Positions 52,601-64,000 of a DNA stretch of 64,000 bases are shown piece by piece. How positions within the stretch are numbered: position 1 is the stretch's first letter; each line of letters starts with the position of its first letter. The translations under genes and the position numbers were made by a program. The notes below the pieces were generated by a model. That model made no database searches. It was not told the origin of the DNA and saw only the letters and a list, made by a program, of their open reading frames with translations. Source of the stretch: Auanema rhodensis (taxonomy: Eukaryota > Animalia > Nematoda). The stretch lies in assembly GCA_964057225.1 (NCBI GenBank), contig OZ059895.1, forward strand, positions 17,112,001-17,176,000, given 5' to 3'.

Positions 52601-54436
52601 TGAAGCTGCAATAATTACCGAGCTTAAACTCAAGTCAAACCAGCATTTTCTATGTTTTCAATGATTATTAATCAGTTATAACACTCATATTATTACTTTT
52701 ATGAGATGGAAAAGAGATGAATATGGAGATTATAGATGATGTCTCATCTACACACATTCGTATTCAATGAAGCTCCTTCGTATTTTCACATTTCTTGGGA
52801 TTTGGTGAGAGAAATGAGAAATAGAAAAAAGGGAGAAAATCAACGAGCTGCTCGTTCGTTTTGTTTATTTGTGGCACAAATAACAACAACAACAATAACA
52901 AACAAAATCTTTTCTTGGATTAGTTATAGTATAATAGAAGAAAAATGAATTTTCATCATCTATATATCGATAATATTAGATTAAAATTCATTAATATTGC
53001 ATTTCCTTTCATTGTTTTTCAATTAAAAATTGAATTTTATAGTTGGTGTTATGAAGTGTATGCTTTACGAGAGGCCTCCTATAAACTTATAATGGACATT
53101 GTTTCAACAAACAAAAAATAAAAAAGATAGTATAAGATATGAAAAAGCAATGAGAATTGTCTTCTCATCTTCTCAATCACATTGAAATCACCAGCAATTA
53201 TTGATTGGAAAAAGTTTGAATTTGTTTTGTTTTTCCATAAAGTAAGAACGGAAATAGGCTTTTATCTCAAACTACCTCTCTCACAGTTTATAAGAGATTA
53301 CGAAATTTAATTATTTTTATTTTGTATTCACTTATATGATAAAGATGATACGAATATGCATCGAAGTTTCCAAATTTATCCAAATTATCCAGATAATTTG
53401 TTTTAAATAACTTATGTAGTTGAATAACATAAGTCAATTAAGGAATACCATGACTCATTTTGAATTCGATGATTACTTCTTATTCAAGAGAATGCCGATA
53501 AGCTTTTGCAGCATGTTTGAACGTACATTATGTTTCCTATTTAATGCTCTAACATATGTATTTCAAGTTCAAATCTAATCTTTTCAGAAGTCAATGACGA
53601 CTTTCGTAAACGATCAGGTACTGGCTCATCCAGAGGCGGTGATCGCAAGTGGAGTAATCGTAAAGATGCATCCGGTAAGCTTTTCGTTTTTCTTTTTATG
53701 TTTTTTGTTTGTATTTACATAAAAATATCAGAAATTTGTTTCAATTAATCGAATAATATTGAGAATTTTTAGCACAAATGGAACTTCGCTGCTGTATAAA
53801 TGCAGATGTTTTGCGTAGCAATGTTGATAAACATTGGTTTTTCGAGGATGAGCAGGTGAATTCATCAAGCAATTTTCTTAAAAATGGGTGAAAGCAGTGA
53901 GAGAGAGAGAAAGAGAGAGAGAAAGAGAAGGAGAAAGAGAGAGAGAGAAAGAGAGAGAAATATTTTGAAGATCATTTCTCATAAATAACTTGCCTCCAAT
54001 TCCATTTTTTGTTATATTTTATTCAAAATTTATGTTTATAATGGTATGTTATTGGTTTCTCTGAAAATTTATAGAGAAAAGAATTGAGAATTGTATGAAT
54101 AGTTCGTAGTGAAAAACGAAAAAAAGGGAAAAGAAGGAGAGGATGTAACGATAAATTACTCAAGTATAAATCTATTTATATATATTTTTTATTTTTCTAT
54201 CAACTAATTAACTATTCCAAGAAAAATTCTAATATTTTCATTTTTCTTATTTTAGGTTCGTGTTAATGGATCTGTCTTTTCCAAAAGAGAAAACTATGAC
54301 AATCTGTTGTTACATATACCCGTGAGCAAATTTAATGGGATACATATCAAGGTACTATTTTGATGTTTTTTTTCTTTTTTTTTTGATTTTTAACTTTCAT
54401 TTCTATTATTTTCTTTTTTATGATTTGTGTATGTAT

Positions 54437-54483
<47 letters not shown>

Positions 54484-55669
54484 AGTACATCATGAATACA
54501 TTAGCTTCTATAACGTTCTTTGCTGCTTCAAATAAGTGCACACGTATAATGTATTTTGGTACAAAGGTAATCATGCTAACAGAGAGAAAGAGAGAGAGAG
54601 AGAGAGAGAATGAGGTCATTTTCTTTCCTTTTTCCTATTCCATGATTGCTAATGTTTGGCAGAAGCAGTTACAAGCCAATAGTTGTTTTGAAATATTGTT
54701 GCTTAATCGATTTTTATCCATTTCTTGAATATGTCTAAATACATATACATACATTTCACTCTCTCTCTCTCTCTTTCTTTTGCAATTCTCTCGTTACTTG
54801 TCCTTCATACTATCAGCTGCACTTGATGTTTTTCTCCTTTGCACTTATTTCTGAATGTAGGCGGAGTTTATGTCTGTTACTCCTGCTCTCATCTTTGTCA
54901 CTTTCAATCTCTCTCTCCCTCCCTCTTTCACTCCATTTTCATTCTTTGTGCTTTGCAAACTCTTCATTTCATAGATTATAATAATGAAAGGGATTGTAGG
55001 GATAGGTAAAGAGATTAAATGCAAAAACATGATCGGAGAATGTTGCGAAAAGATGGAAAGTGAGAGCAAAGTATGATATGATTGCATGGATTCAACAGCT
55101 CAGTACATCATGATGACAGAAGCCTATCCAGCATGAACTTGACTGAACCTGTTCATATTGACATCATATTCAAATTTCATTTTAAAAATTGAGGGGTTTC
55201 CATCCTAGAGTATAAGCGAATAAGGGATACAAGATGAATTGGAAGTCATGTAACTTTATGATGAAATGAAAAGGTTCTAGCATTCACGCAAGAAATATTC
55301 AATCTTTGGTTTAATTACCAATTTTTTCTTCATTTTTCTTCTAAAAAATCTTATATTTGAATATTTAACTTTCATTTTGAATGATAACAAGAATAGATTA
55401 TAAGTTTAAATACTTGTAAACATCATTCTATCTCAGCTTTTTTCTCTATACTTCCTATCTCTCTCTCTCACTCTCTATTTTTTCTCTGTTTTTACGAAAA
55501 TTGGAACTTTATATTCATTGAGGGACATAACGAAAAATTTAAGATGATTGTACTTGAAGATGTCTGATACTTTTCTCTTTTTTTCTATTATTGTGTGATT
55601 CTATTTGAATTATCTTTTCTCACTACTTGAATATATTCATATAAATTAACGACAATGTTTTTTGATTAA

Positions 55670-55706
<37 letters not shown>

Positions 55707-57956
55707 TCTCTTCAAGAGTTACATATAGTTCACACCATAAATCATTTTATGATAGATGAATTGAATTTAATTGATTTTAGATGGAAGATGATTGTCCACA
55801 GGGTGGTGATGATGTTCGTCTCTGCTTGTTAAAGACACTTGGTGCTCATAATCAACGAAAAGTTCCATGTATTGCATGCCACAAGGATATAACTGTAATA
55901 TTGCAGCTTAACTATGCCTCTTAAGCATCATTGTTATTATAGGTTTACGACAAATATCCTCTAATTGACGGCACATTCTTCCTATCTCCCGTATTACATC
56001 ATGGCCCACCAATTGAGGTAAGCATGTGTAAGCCGTCAAATCAAGCTTATATATAGATTTTCGGATGCTATTTATATGATATAATAGAGTATAGTATAGT
56101 ATAGGAAGCCAAATAACATCTTTGAAGATGAAAAGAAGAAAATCATAGCTTCTATACTCTTATATTATCTTTCAAATCTTATTTTCATCATAATATATAT
56201 GTTTTCAGGTGATGTACGAGGGACGAAAACAGTATCTTCAACAAATCTGTGTATCATGCCTTTGGTCTGATTGGAAATGTAATAACTGCGGAAGAGGTAG
56301 TTCATTCTTCATCTAATAATTCGTAAAATTACATTAAAAAATTAATTTGTAGACGGATGGTTTAATGGCAAAGCTTTGATACTTGGCACACTCTACTATT
56401 ACGATATCAGTATGTTTTAACTTCTTCACTTCTTCTTTGTTTTTCTTTAATTTTTTTGAGAAAATATGTCATTTGGCTGTTAAAATTATAAGATTACTAT
56501 TACTATTACTATTACTCATCGAAATGCTTATCATTTTTCAGTTTCCGCTGGCAAATGCTGTCCACCAACTTGCACGGTATGTCGAAGTCCACTGCTGATA
56601 CCGGAAAATATCGTGATGCAGATAGTCAATGTGAGATAATTTGGTCCGAAACCTCAAAAATCTCATATCATGTCGAATATCACCTATCTCTATGCCCTCA
56701 TAGCATCGATAGCATCTCTCTTTGCATCCCTTTCCCCCGTGTGTTTCCTATATATTTCCGCTTAAAATTCTAACATTTTCTTCTCTCAGCTCTCTTCTTC
56801 TTCTTTTTTTTCAATTTTTGTATTTTGTGTTTGAATATGTTTTGAGATAATTTGCGAATACTTCACCAGAGACAATCTAAGATGTGAGGTTTTTTTGGAG
56901 GGCAGGATCGAGTATCAGGTTGAAGGTTAGATGCAGCATGAATTTAAACAAATTTTTTTATAAATATTCTTTTTTAAATAGTTGAGAGAGAATAGAGTAA
57001 ACTTGATAAATGGATAAAAGAAATCTCGTTAGTTCCTAAGTAATCGGTGAGATCAAAGCAAATTTCTCATTTGTTCTTTCAAATAAACTGAAAGTTTTAA
57101 TTCATTTTGAGCTAATTCATATCAATTTGATTAATATTATAATCAAAATTGAGTCAAGTAAAGGGGGGCGATGATGTATTAAGAGAGGGGGGGGGAGGGA
57201 AGTTGGGTCAGAGAGAACGGGCAATTTGAAAGTGAGAAAAAGCAAAAATGAAGGAGGTCAGCTGGTCATAAATAACATATAAACAAGAAAACAATCGCCT
57301 CAATCTGTTTTTTGAATTGGTGAACCGGATGCAGTTGTATTGAATTTCAAAGATAACAGAAGTCATCGCCGCGTAACGTTCATCGTTTTTCTGTCTATTT
57401 TTCGTGTCCATTCTATAGTTAACTATACATATATGTATGTATTTATATATTTATTATACAAATACATTACAAAGAATGATTGTAAGGGTACATATATAAG
57501 TAAACAAATAAAATGAACAGAAAAAACTTGAAAAAAAAACGCAAAGTTAGAAAGTTTCGGGGTGATGAAGCGAGGGAATGAGATTGAGGAGAACTTGGAG
57601 AGAAGTATCTTTAATGTTTTTCTGTCATTCATGATGTCTTCAGCTGCTTCAACTTTTACCATTTTTTTCCAATTGTCTTTTCTTTTGTATAGCCTGATGA
57701 TATACAAAGTATGTACATAAGCAGCTGGTTATGCAAGTCTAACTGCCTTATCTATACTAACTATACATATGAACTAACCAATTATTCAAAAAAGCATGTT
57801 GAATTCATTTTTTCTTATTACTGATTATGATATTATAATTTTTTATTTCAGGGTAACTATTCACTCATCAATGAACTTGTTACCTGTTCATCGTGTGGTT
57901 GCAAAGAGATGCACTGCATTCGTGATACTGCTGACGTCACTATTGTTGCTCGATAG
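46699..57956 (+). CDS. HECA: Headcase (HECA/hdc) family protein; large Ser-rich exon 46699-48088 plus 9 small exons (53588-57956); true start codon uncertain
   Basis: Spliced C-terminus: GSVFSKRENYDNLLLHIPVSKFNGIHIKMEDDCPQGGDDVRLCLLKTLGAHNQRKVPCIACHKDITVYDKYPLIDGTFFLSP...ICVSCL...CNNCGRDGWFNGKALILGTLYYYDIISAGKCCPPTCTVC...CSSCG. This carries the headcase-domain signatures (HIKMEDD, YPLxDGTxFLSP, LGTxYxYDI). All junctions are phase-consistent. Confidence 0.9.
54441..54481. repeat. (GA)n microsatellite in a headcase intron
   Basis: Perfect GA run. Confidence 0.9.
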
Positions 57957-60022
57957 CTTCGTCATCTTCAATTCATTGTAATGAACAAGCTCACGTGTAT
58001 GTTCACGTATGTTCACGTCGACTCACACGCATACTCTCACGTGCGTGCGTGTACTTCTCATTTGCATTTATTTAATGGGCTAGACGGTGAGCGGTTGGTT
58101 ATACATTTGCTCTTGTTCATCTACATCTTCGGCATTTTCTCGTTTGCGCACATTTTCATTCTCATTTACACATTATTTCTCCATTCTCAACATTTCCATG
58201 TATAGTAATACCTCCAAACGTATGATCTTCAACATCGTCCTCCTACTATTACACCTCTTCTCTAACTCCCCTTTAATATCTGGTCATTTTGCCTTGAACA
58301 ATCAGTATCTCAAGCATCTTAAAAGCAATTAAGAAGATGTTCTATACACTATACATCCTGTACAGAAAGTTTTAACAAGTTTTCTATTGATTTTCCTCAT
58401 TTTATTATCTAAAATGACAACATATTCATATATTTCTAGTTGCAAATGTTCATTTTAACTAAAAATTTGTCTTAGGAACAACAAGACATTATATGAAATC
58501 ATCATAATTCACTAGAATTCGATTAATAGTTCTCATATGTTCATAAACTCATCCTGTATGATATTCACATTTTTACAGCTTAAAGCTGTTTCAAATGCAT
58601 ATGTATGAGATAGAAATGTAAGAAAATCTAATAATTTGTTTTTCATCAGATGAAGTTGTTTGATGTTGATACTGTGAGATGGAAGAGCATACACGACGTC
58701 TCCGTCTTCCGCATCAGTACTGTCTGTGAGCTAGTTAGATTCTAACTTCAATCACATCATCAGACATGTAACATCTTCATCTATTCATTCTAAAATATAA
58801 AGCTGTATATTCAATCTTAACTCATATATTCCTATTGCTCTTCTATCCCTATCACTCCATATACATATGCAGCCACACACGCATAGTTATCAAACAATTT
58901 TTTTGTTTTTTTTCTTTGTTTGTTTGTTTTATTTCGTGTGTGTGTGTGAAAAGTTCTAGTGACCATTATTTCACAAAGTTTCACTGTATTAAACTAGATT
59001 CTTTGGATTTGTCATAGTTATATCATTCGGATAAGTTAAACGGTTGAGAAAACGTCAAATAACGTTCTGGTAATATATAAAATATAAATATGTATATTAT
59101 ATTAATTATATTATTATAAAATATATAAATATACATATTTGTATGTAAATTTTTTATTTTAAGAAAAAAAAAAGACAAAAAAAAAAGAAAAAGAAATATT
59201 ATTGATTATAGAGTCATTCATAGAGATTATTTACGTGAAACCTTTAGGTAATATCTCGATTTTATTCCAAAATCATGTTAAAACTTTCTGTTATAACACA
59301 TACACATGCATGTACACATCTTTTATTTTTATTTTTGTTTTCATTTTTTTTTAACAAAAAAAAAGAAAAAAAATGTAAATGAAATCAAACAAAGTATGTA
59401 TATACTACTACTGCTATTACTACTATTTTGTGTTAAATTATATGATATAGTTATACATATATGTATATTATATAATACAAATGTTTCTTCTTCTTCTTCT
59501 TTTTCTTCTTCTTCTTTTTCTTCGTTTTGATATGATTTGGTTGTCGTAGATATTTTCAAATGTTTCACATATTTTTCTGGCTTTGAGTCGCTAGTTGATA
59601 CTACCTCATAGGCTTTCTTGTTCCTTTATCTTTTCTTTTTTTATTATTTCAACTCCAACTTAATATTCATACTTTTGTTTTTTATTTTGTAATTCAAATC
59701 TTAGAGTACATTGTTAATATGATAAATCTTTCAAGAGAAATAGTATTGTTTTTGATTTTAATTATATGTATATTCACACATAACTATATGCTCAACCAAC
59801 TATGAGATCAACAAAGATGATCATGAAGTTATAACTATGGTCAATGCAACAACTTGAAAAAAGTTTTAATTATACCTTTTCAAAGTTGGTAATGCTGCAG
59901 ATTATTATTAACTATAAACTTGATCAGGTTGTCAACTTCAACATACTATTAAGTTGTTAAGAAACATCTACTTATCTTAGCGAGGTAAAAACATTTAAGA
60001 AGTCCACATTCTAATGATGTTG

Positions 60023-60272
60023 TCAGGAAACTGTTTCAATAAAGTCATCCATGTTGAAAGTACCAAACAAGATAACTTTGTTTGGTTTACAAAGATTGCA
60101 AATTAAACATTGAAGATAACAATCAGCATAAGCATTGATGAGTAATAGAATTACAATCGGAAGTAGTTTAGAAACTGATTAGAAATAAGCTTAATATGAA
60201 ATAAACTTACAGTTATAATCTGGACAACTCCTCTTTCTGTATGACAATGAGAGGCACACTAACAAATCCATT
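60023..60272 (-). pseudogene. Decayed tandem paralog of the adjacent stanniocalcin-like gene
   Basis: LSLSYRKRSCPDYN|GTAAGT aligns to YLMFYGKRNCNNFN. NAYADCYLQCLICNLCKPNKVILFGTFNMDDFIETVS* aligns to KSHESCYTSCGFCKVCKTNKKAFFKAYSLSDFFSRRALK. The middle exon is missing and there is a premature TGA. Confidence 0.65.
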
Positions 60273-60993
60273 GTTCTCACATAACCCTCAACAACCAAAT
60301 AACTATGAAGGAATGACATCATAAAGCTTACCAAAATTCTGCCAATAACGGTGTTGATGATATGCTTCATTCTCAATTATAGCAATCTCTTAGTTTAAAC
60401 ATAATATTGTATTCGATTCATTATAGTGAACAAATTGAAAATAATTAGTTATTGTTCATAGAAATTATGAAAATCTAAAAGTGCACATGGAATGAATGGG
60501 GGTTTCTATAAAGTTCTAGATTTTTCAAAGCAATTAGCAGGTTAATCAGAATATTAAAATAAAATATTTATATTTTTTTATGTAATAAAATATATTTTTT
60601 ATACAATTTTTGAGTAAAATATTATGCTTATAAGTTTTATAGAAGATAAGTCAGCTTTCCTTTCTTCATTACAAGAAATATGTAATATTTTTCATATTGA
60701 AGACTTAAGTATTAAAATTTTACTTAGATTTTATGAAAGATACTTGAAATAAAAGTATATTTTATCAATCCTAATATATACTATAGTAATTAAATTTGAA
60801 GGGATTACGGTAAGCGTTTGAGATGAGAGGAGAGAGGAGGGTGGAATGGAAAACTAATATGACCTTATGAGAAGGCAAATTTATATAAAAATAATAAAAC
60901 AAAATCAAAATTATATTTTTCATGAGGAAAATCATCATGAAATCAAAAATATTTGGGTAAAGACAGCAGACTGTTACAAGAAAAATGTAAAGC

Positions 60994-61632
60994 TTAGAAG
61001 CAGCCAAAGACACCACATTCAGATGCCATAGCCATCACTTGTTTAAGAGCTCTTCGGCTGAAGAAGTCAGACAAGGAATAGGCTTTGAAAAATGCTTTCT
61101 TGTTCGTCTTACAGACTTTACAGAATCCACAGCTAGTATAGCAACTTTCATGAGACTTGAATGCTGATTCCTCGAGGTTCTCACAACCTATTTTTGATTT
61201 TTTCTAAAATATGATAATGGAATTATGTAAATTGATATTATATACATTAAGCAGTTGATCCAGATAGCGAATCAAACAATTTGATGTACAATCGATGAAT
61301 TTTTGACCAACAGCATCAAATTGTTTCCGGGTTTCTAATTCGATTTAATTTTAAAATGGCATGCAAACATGATAATCCATTAATACCTGGGTTATTGAAG
61401 TTGTTACAATTGCGTTTTCCATAAAACATCAGATAACCCTTTGGTCCGCATTTTGTTTGACTCTCGAATTTATCGTAGCTGTCGCATACCTGAATGATAT
61501 TTCGTAGTTTTTGGATGATTTCAACAGAAAAAAAGGAATATTGGAAGATTATTGAACTTAGACTAATACCTTTGCTGATTCCGCGAAATACAGAATTGAG
61601 AGAATAATGAAAATACTGGAAGTTTTTGTCAT
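60994..61632 (-). CDS. Secreted cysteine-rich stanniocalcin-like protein, 4 exons (~154 aa)
   Basis: Signal peptide MTKTSSIFIILSILYFAESAK, then VCDSYDKFESQTKCGPKGYLMFYGKRNCNNFNNPETRKQFDAVGQKFIDCTSNCLIRYL...GCENLEESAFKSHESCYTSCGFCKVCKTN. The CG..GY...YG...C..F / FD..G..FI / AF.SH..CY...G.C pattern is typical of invertebrate and fungal stanniocalcin-like proteins. Confidence 0.8.
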
Positions 61633-62385
61633 TTTTGATATTTGTTTCGTTGCACGATCATCAATCAATTCTAAAGATAAGTTATTTATGAGCTTATTCT
61701 AAAACATGTGATACTTTTAAAATTTAATTCTTTAGGTATTTTTAAAAATAAAATTATGAAATTTGCTCTTTTATCGTCATAATCATCTAATTAATGAAAA
61801 TAAAAAAATTAAATGGACGTGAACTCTGGTTTATAACACTAACGTAATTTTGCGTATTTATAGCTTTAAAGCTACAACAACAATATTGTTTGTTTAATAA
61901 ACAAATAAACAAAATACAATTAATGTTTTATTATGAGGTGATCTGTTGATTTAGGAAAGACGTTATTTGAATATATGAAAGAATCAGAGAAATACATATA
62001 CATATGTGGAGAGAAAGCTCATTGAGTTTAAAGACAGAGAGCTGGAGACATAGAGAGAGAGAGAGAGTAAGAGAGGCGGGAGATGAGCTACAGAGAGAGA
62101 GAAGGAAATATTGTTGTAGATGCGATCAGCTTGTGTTTATGAGCTTGCAAATCATAATAACACGCCTGTGTCCCTGAGGCTGTTAGGTTCATGTAAGTTA
62201 ATAAATAATAATTTGGAAAAAAAACTTCTTTGTTTTTAAATAAAAAAAGTTATTTAATTATTTGAAAAATGATTTATTTCTTAAAAAATATATTTGTACA
62301 TGTTTGTGAACTGTGAACATTATGCATTAAATATATAAATATAGATACATGTAAAGAAATATAATTTTCTTTTAAATAATAAAAT

Positions 62386-63973
62386 TTAATTTTTTAATTT
62401 ATAAGATACTTTCCATTTATAATTATATTGTCGTCCATTTGTATCAAATACTATACGCATACTATTGGTTTTTGATATAAATGAGCCAATCGGATGTGTT
62501 CGACTGTTATATCTAAAAATTAAAATTTAAAAGTTTCAATATTTAAGTTTTAGATTACTGTAAGTATTCAGTATAACTCGTAGCATCATTATACAGAGTT
62601 AAACGTATAATATGATTCATATCACTTGAATCACCCGTAAATTCAGCAACAGCTTCTATTTGATATTTCGGTGGAGCTGTAAGGACATATGTACAAGTAT
62701 TCATAAGATTTGTTTGATTTGAAAAAATCTGAAATTTTCGTCATTTTAAGTTGTTCCAAATGATCTTAAAGCTTACTTTTCCTGATTCTTTAACACTTAT
62801 ATATATCGGTTCTATACATACATCCTTCGTAACAATCAAACTATTTCTTCCTTTTCTACCTGAAATTTGAAAAACAAAAGGTTCAAACTTCTAAAAAGTT
62901 CAAGAAAACATACCGACACTACATGCATAGTGAAAGCTATCTGAACATCGTGCATATGTCCATTCTCCTGGCATTATATTACCTGTATCACTTAGTGTAT
63001 CTCTGCTTACAACAACACAGTTTCCTAAGTTTGTGTCCACAAAACCTTGAAAATCAAGTTCAATCACTAATTCTGATATTGAAGAGATGTGTTACCAAAA
63101 TTCTCATATGTAATTGGTGAGCCATCTAGCCATGAAAGAGCCTTTTGTTGAAATCCAATGAAAAACGTATGAATTTCCATATTTTTTACAATACTATTAT
63201 ACTATAAAAATATATTATATTCTTTATATTTTAGATATATTGTTACTAACATCTTTAGCTGGAATTGTAGCTAGCTCTACACCCGGACCCAATGAGTTAC
63301 AATGCTTTCGAGCTGATTTGAAGTCAGCTTCACGTGGTGCAGCATAGTAGCATAAGTTCTTATATCCACTAAAGCCTGCTGGACAATGCGTATTATCTTG
63401 AATACCAATATCATTAATATAAACTTGTTCAGTTATTAAGCTAAAAGCCTATACCTGGGCTATATCTCATTACATAGCCGTTGATAGCAGCTTTATTACT
63501 TGAACTATACAGCGTTGCCGTACCATTTAGGGTTGAAACATAGACATATGGCCCAATGCTTATATTCGGATGTCCTATGTATAAGCACAGATTATCAATA
63601 TGGTTAACTCATACACAATTACCTGTAGCAAAATCTGTTAAAAGAGTTTCAGGGATGGGCTGGCCATTATCTACGACGCAATTCATCGCATTGTTATCAG
63701 CACATGTGATTCCTAGCCAAATTTTGCTGTTCATAGGAAATATGTTCCGAAAAAATGTCTAAAGAATTTAAAAATAAGAAATAGAATCGAATATTCCATT
63801 TTTTTTGTATTTTTTTTCATTTTCTTTCATTAAAATTAATGAGAAACTTGAAAACAAATTGAATAATCACATACATGATAGCTTTGATAGTGTTCCCAGT
63901 CAATTAATGAATGAAAACCTTTGGCTTCCATGAGACTTTCATATCTTGTTACTCCACCACCTCTATATATAGC
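62386..63973 (-). CDS. C-type lectin domain + CUB domain protein (clec family), 5' end outside the window
   Basis: Exons encode KIWLGITC (CTLD 1), CPAGFSGYKNLCYY...FKSARKHCNSLG...LATI...FFIGF...WLDGSPITYENF...GNCVVV...GEWTYARCSDSFHYAC (CTLD 2), and TCTYVLTAPPKYQI...SFISKTNSMRIVFDT (CUB). Confidence 0.85.
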
Positions 63974-64000
63974 CTATGCGGACATAAAAATGAGAAAAGA

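Noticed and set aside
1-64000. Telomeric (TTAGGC)n arrays or DNA-elimination breakpoints
   Set aside because: Only isolated TTAGGC hexamers; no breakpoint motif can be supported from this sequence alone.

Overview
AT-rich, intron-dense eukaryotic DNA with TTTCAG-type acceptors, many 45-55 nt introns and abundant (AG)n/(CT)n microsatellites. The gene content points to a rhabditid-type nematode. The supplied ORF track is mostly uninformative, so genes were rebuilt by hand from splice sites. Left to right: a candidate minus-strand exon pair (3.4-5.4 kb); a 114-aa tail-anchored protein (7.7-8.5 kb); a Sec14/CRAL-TRIO + spectrin-repeat SESTD1-like gene (18.7-23.7 kb); a head-to-head pair of an uncharacterised coiled-coil/acidic gene and a degenerate extended-Tudor gene (24.2-27.9 kb); rig-5 (3 Ig domains, 28.8-37.4 kb, minus); a headcase/HECA homolog (46.7-58.0 kb); a stanniocalcin-like secreted protein with a decayed neighbouring paralog (60.0-61.6 kb); and a C-type lectin/CUB gene running off the right end. 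The most unusual part is 37.6-42.8 kb, a nested inverted-duplication complex. It carries three copies of a cassette [conserved PSE-like motif - 128-nt U8/CeR-2-like box C/D RNA - tRNA-Ala(AGC)], an internal 310-bp palindrome, and a 1.5-kb GC-rich minisatellite that appears to derive from a proline-rich exon/intron fragment. Clusters of roughly helically spaced CACGTG/ACGTGAA motifs recur every ~8-16 kb across the window.
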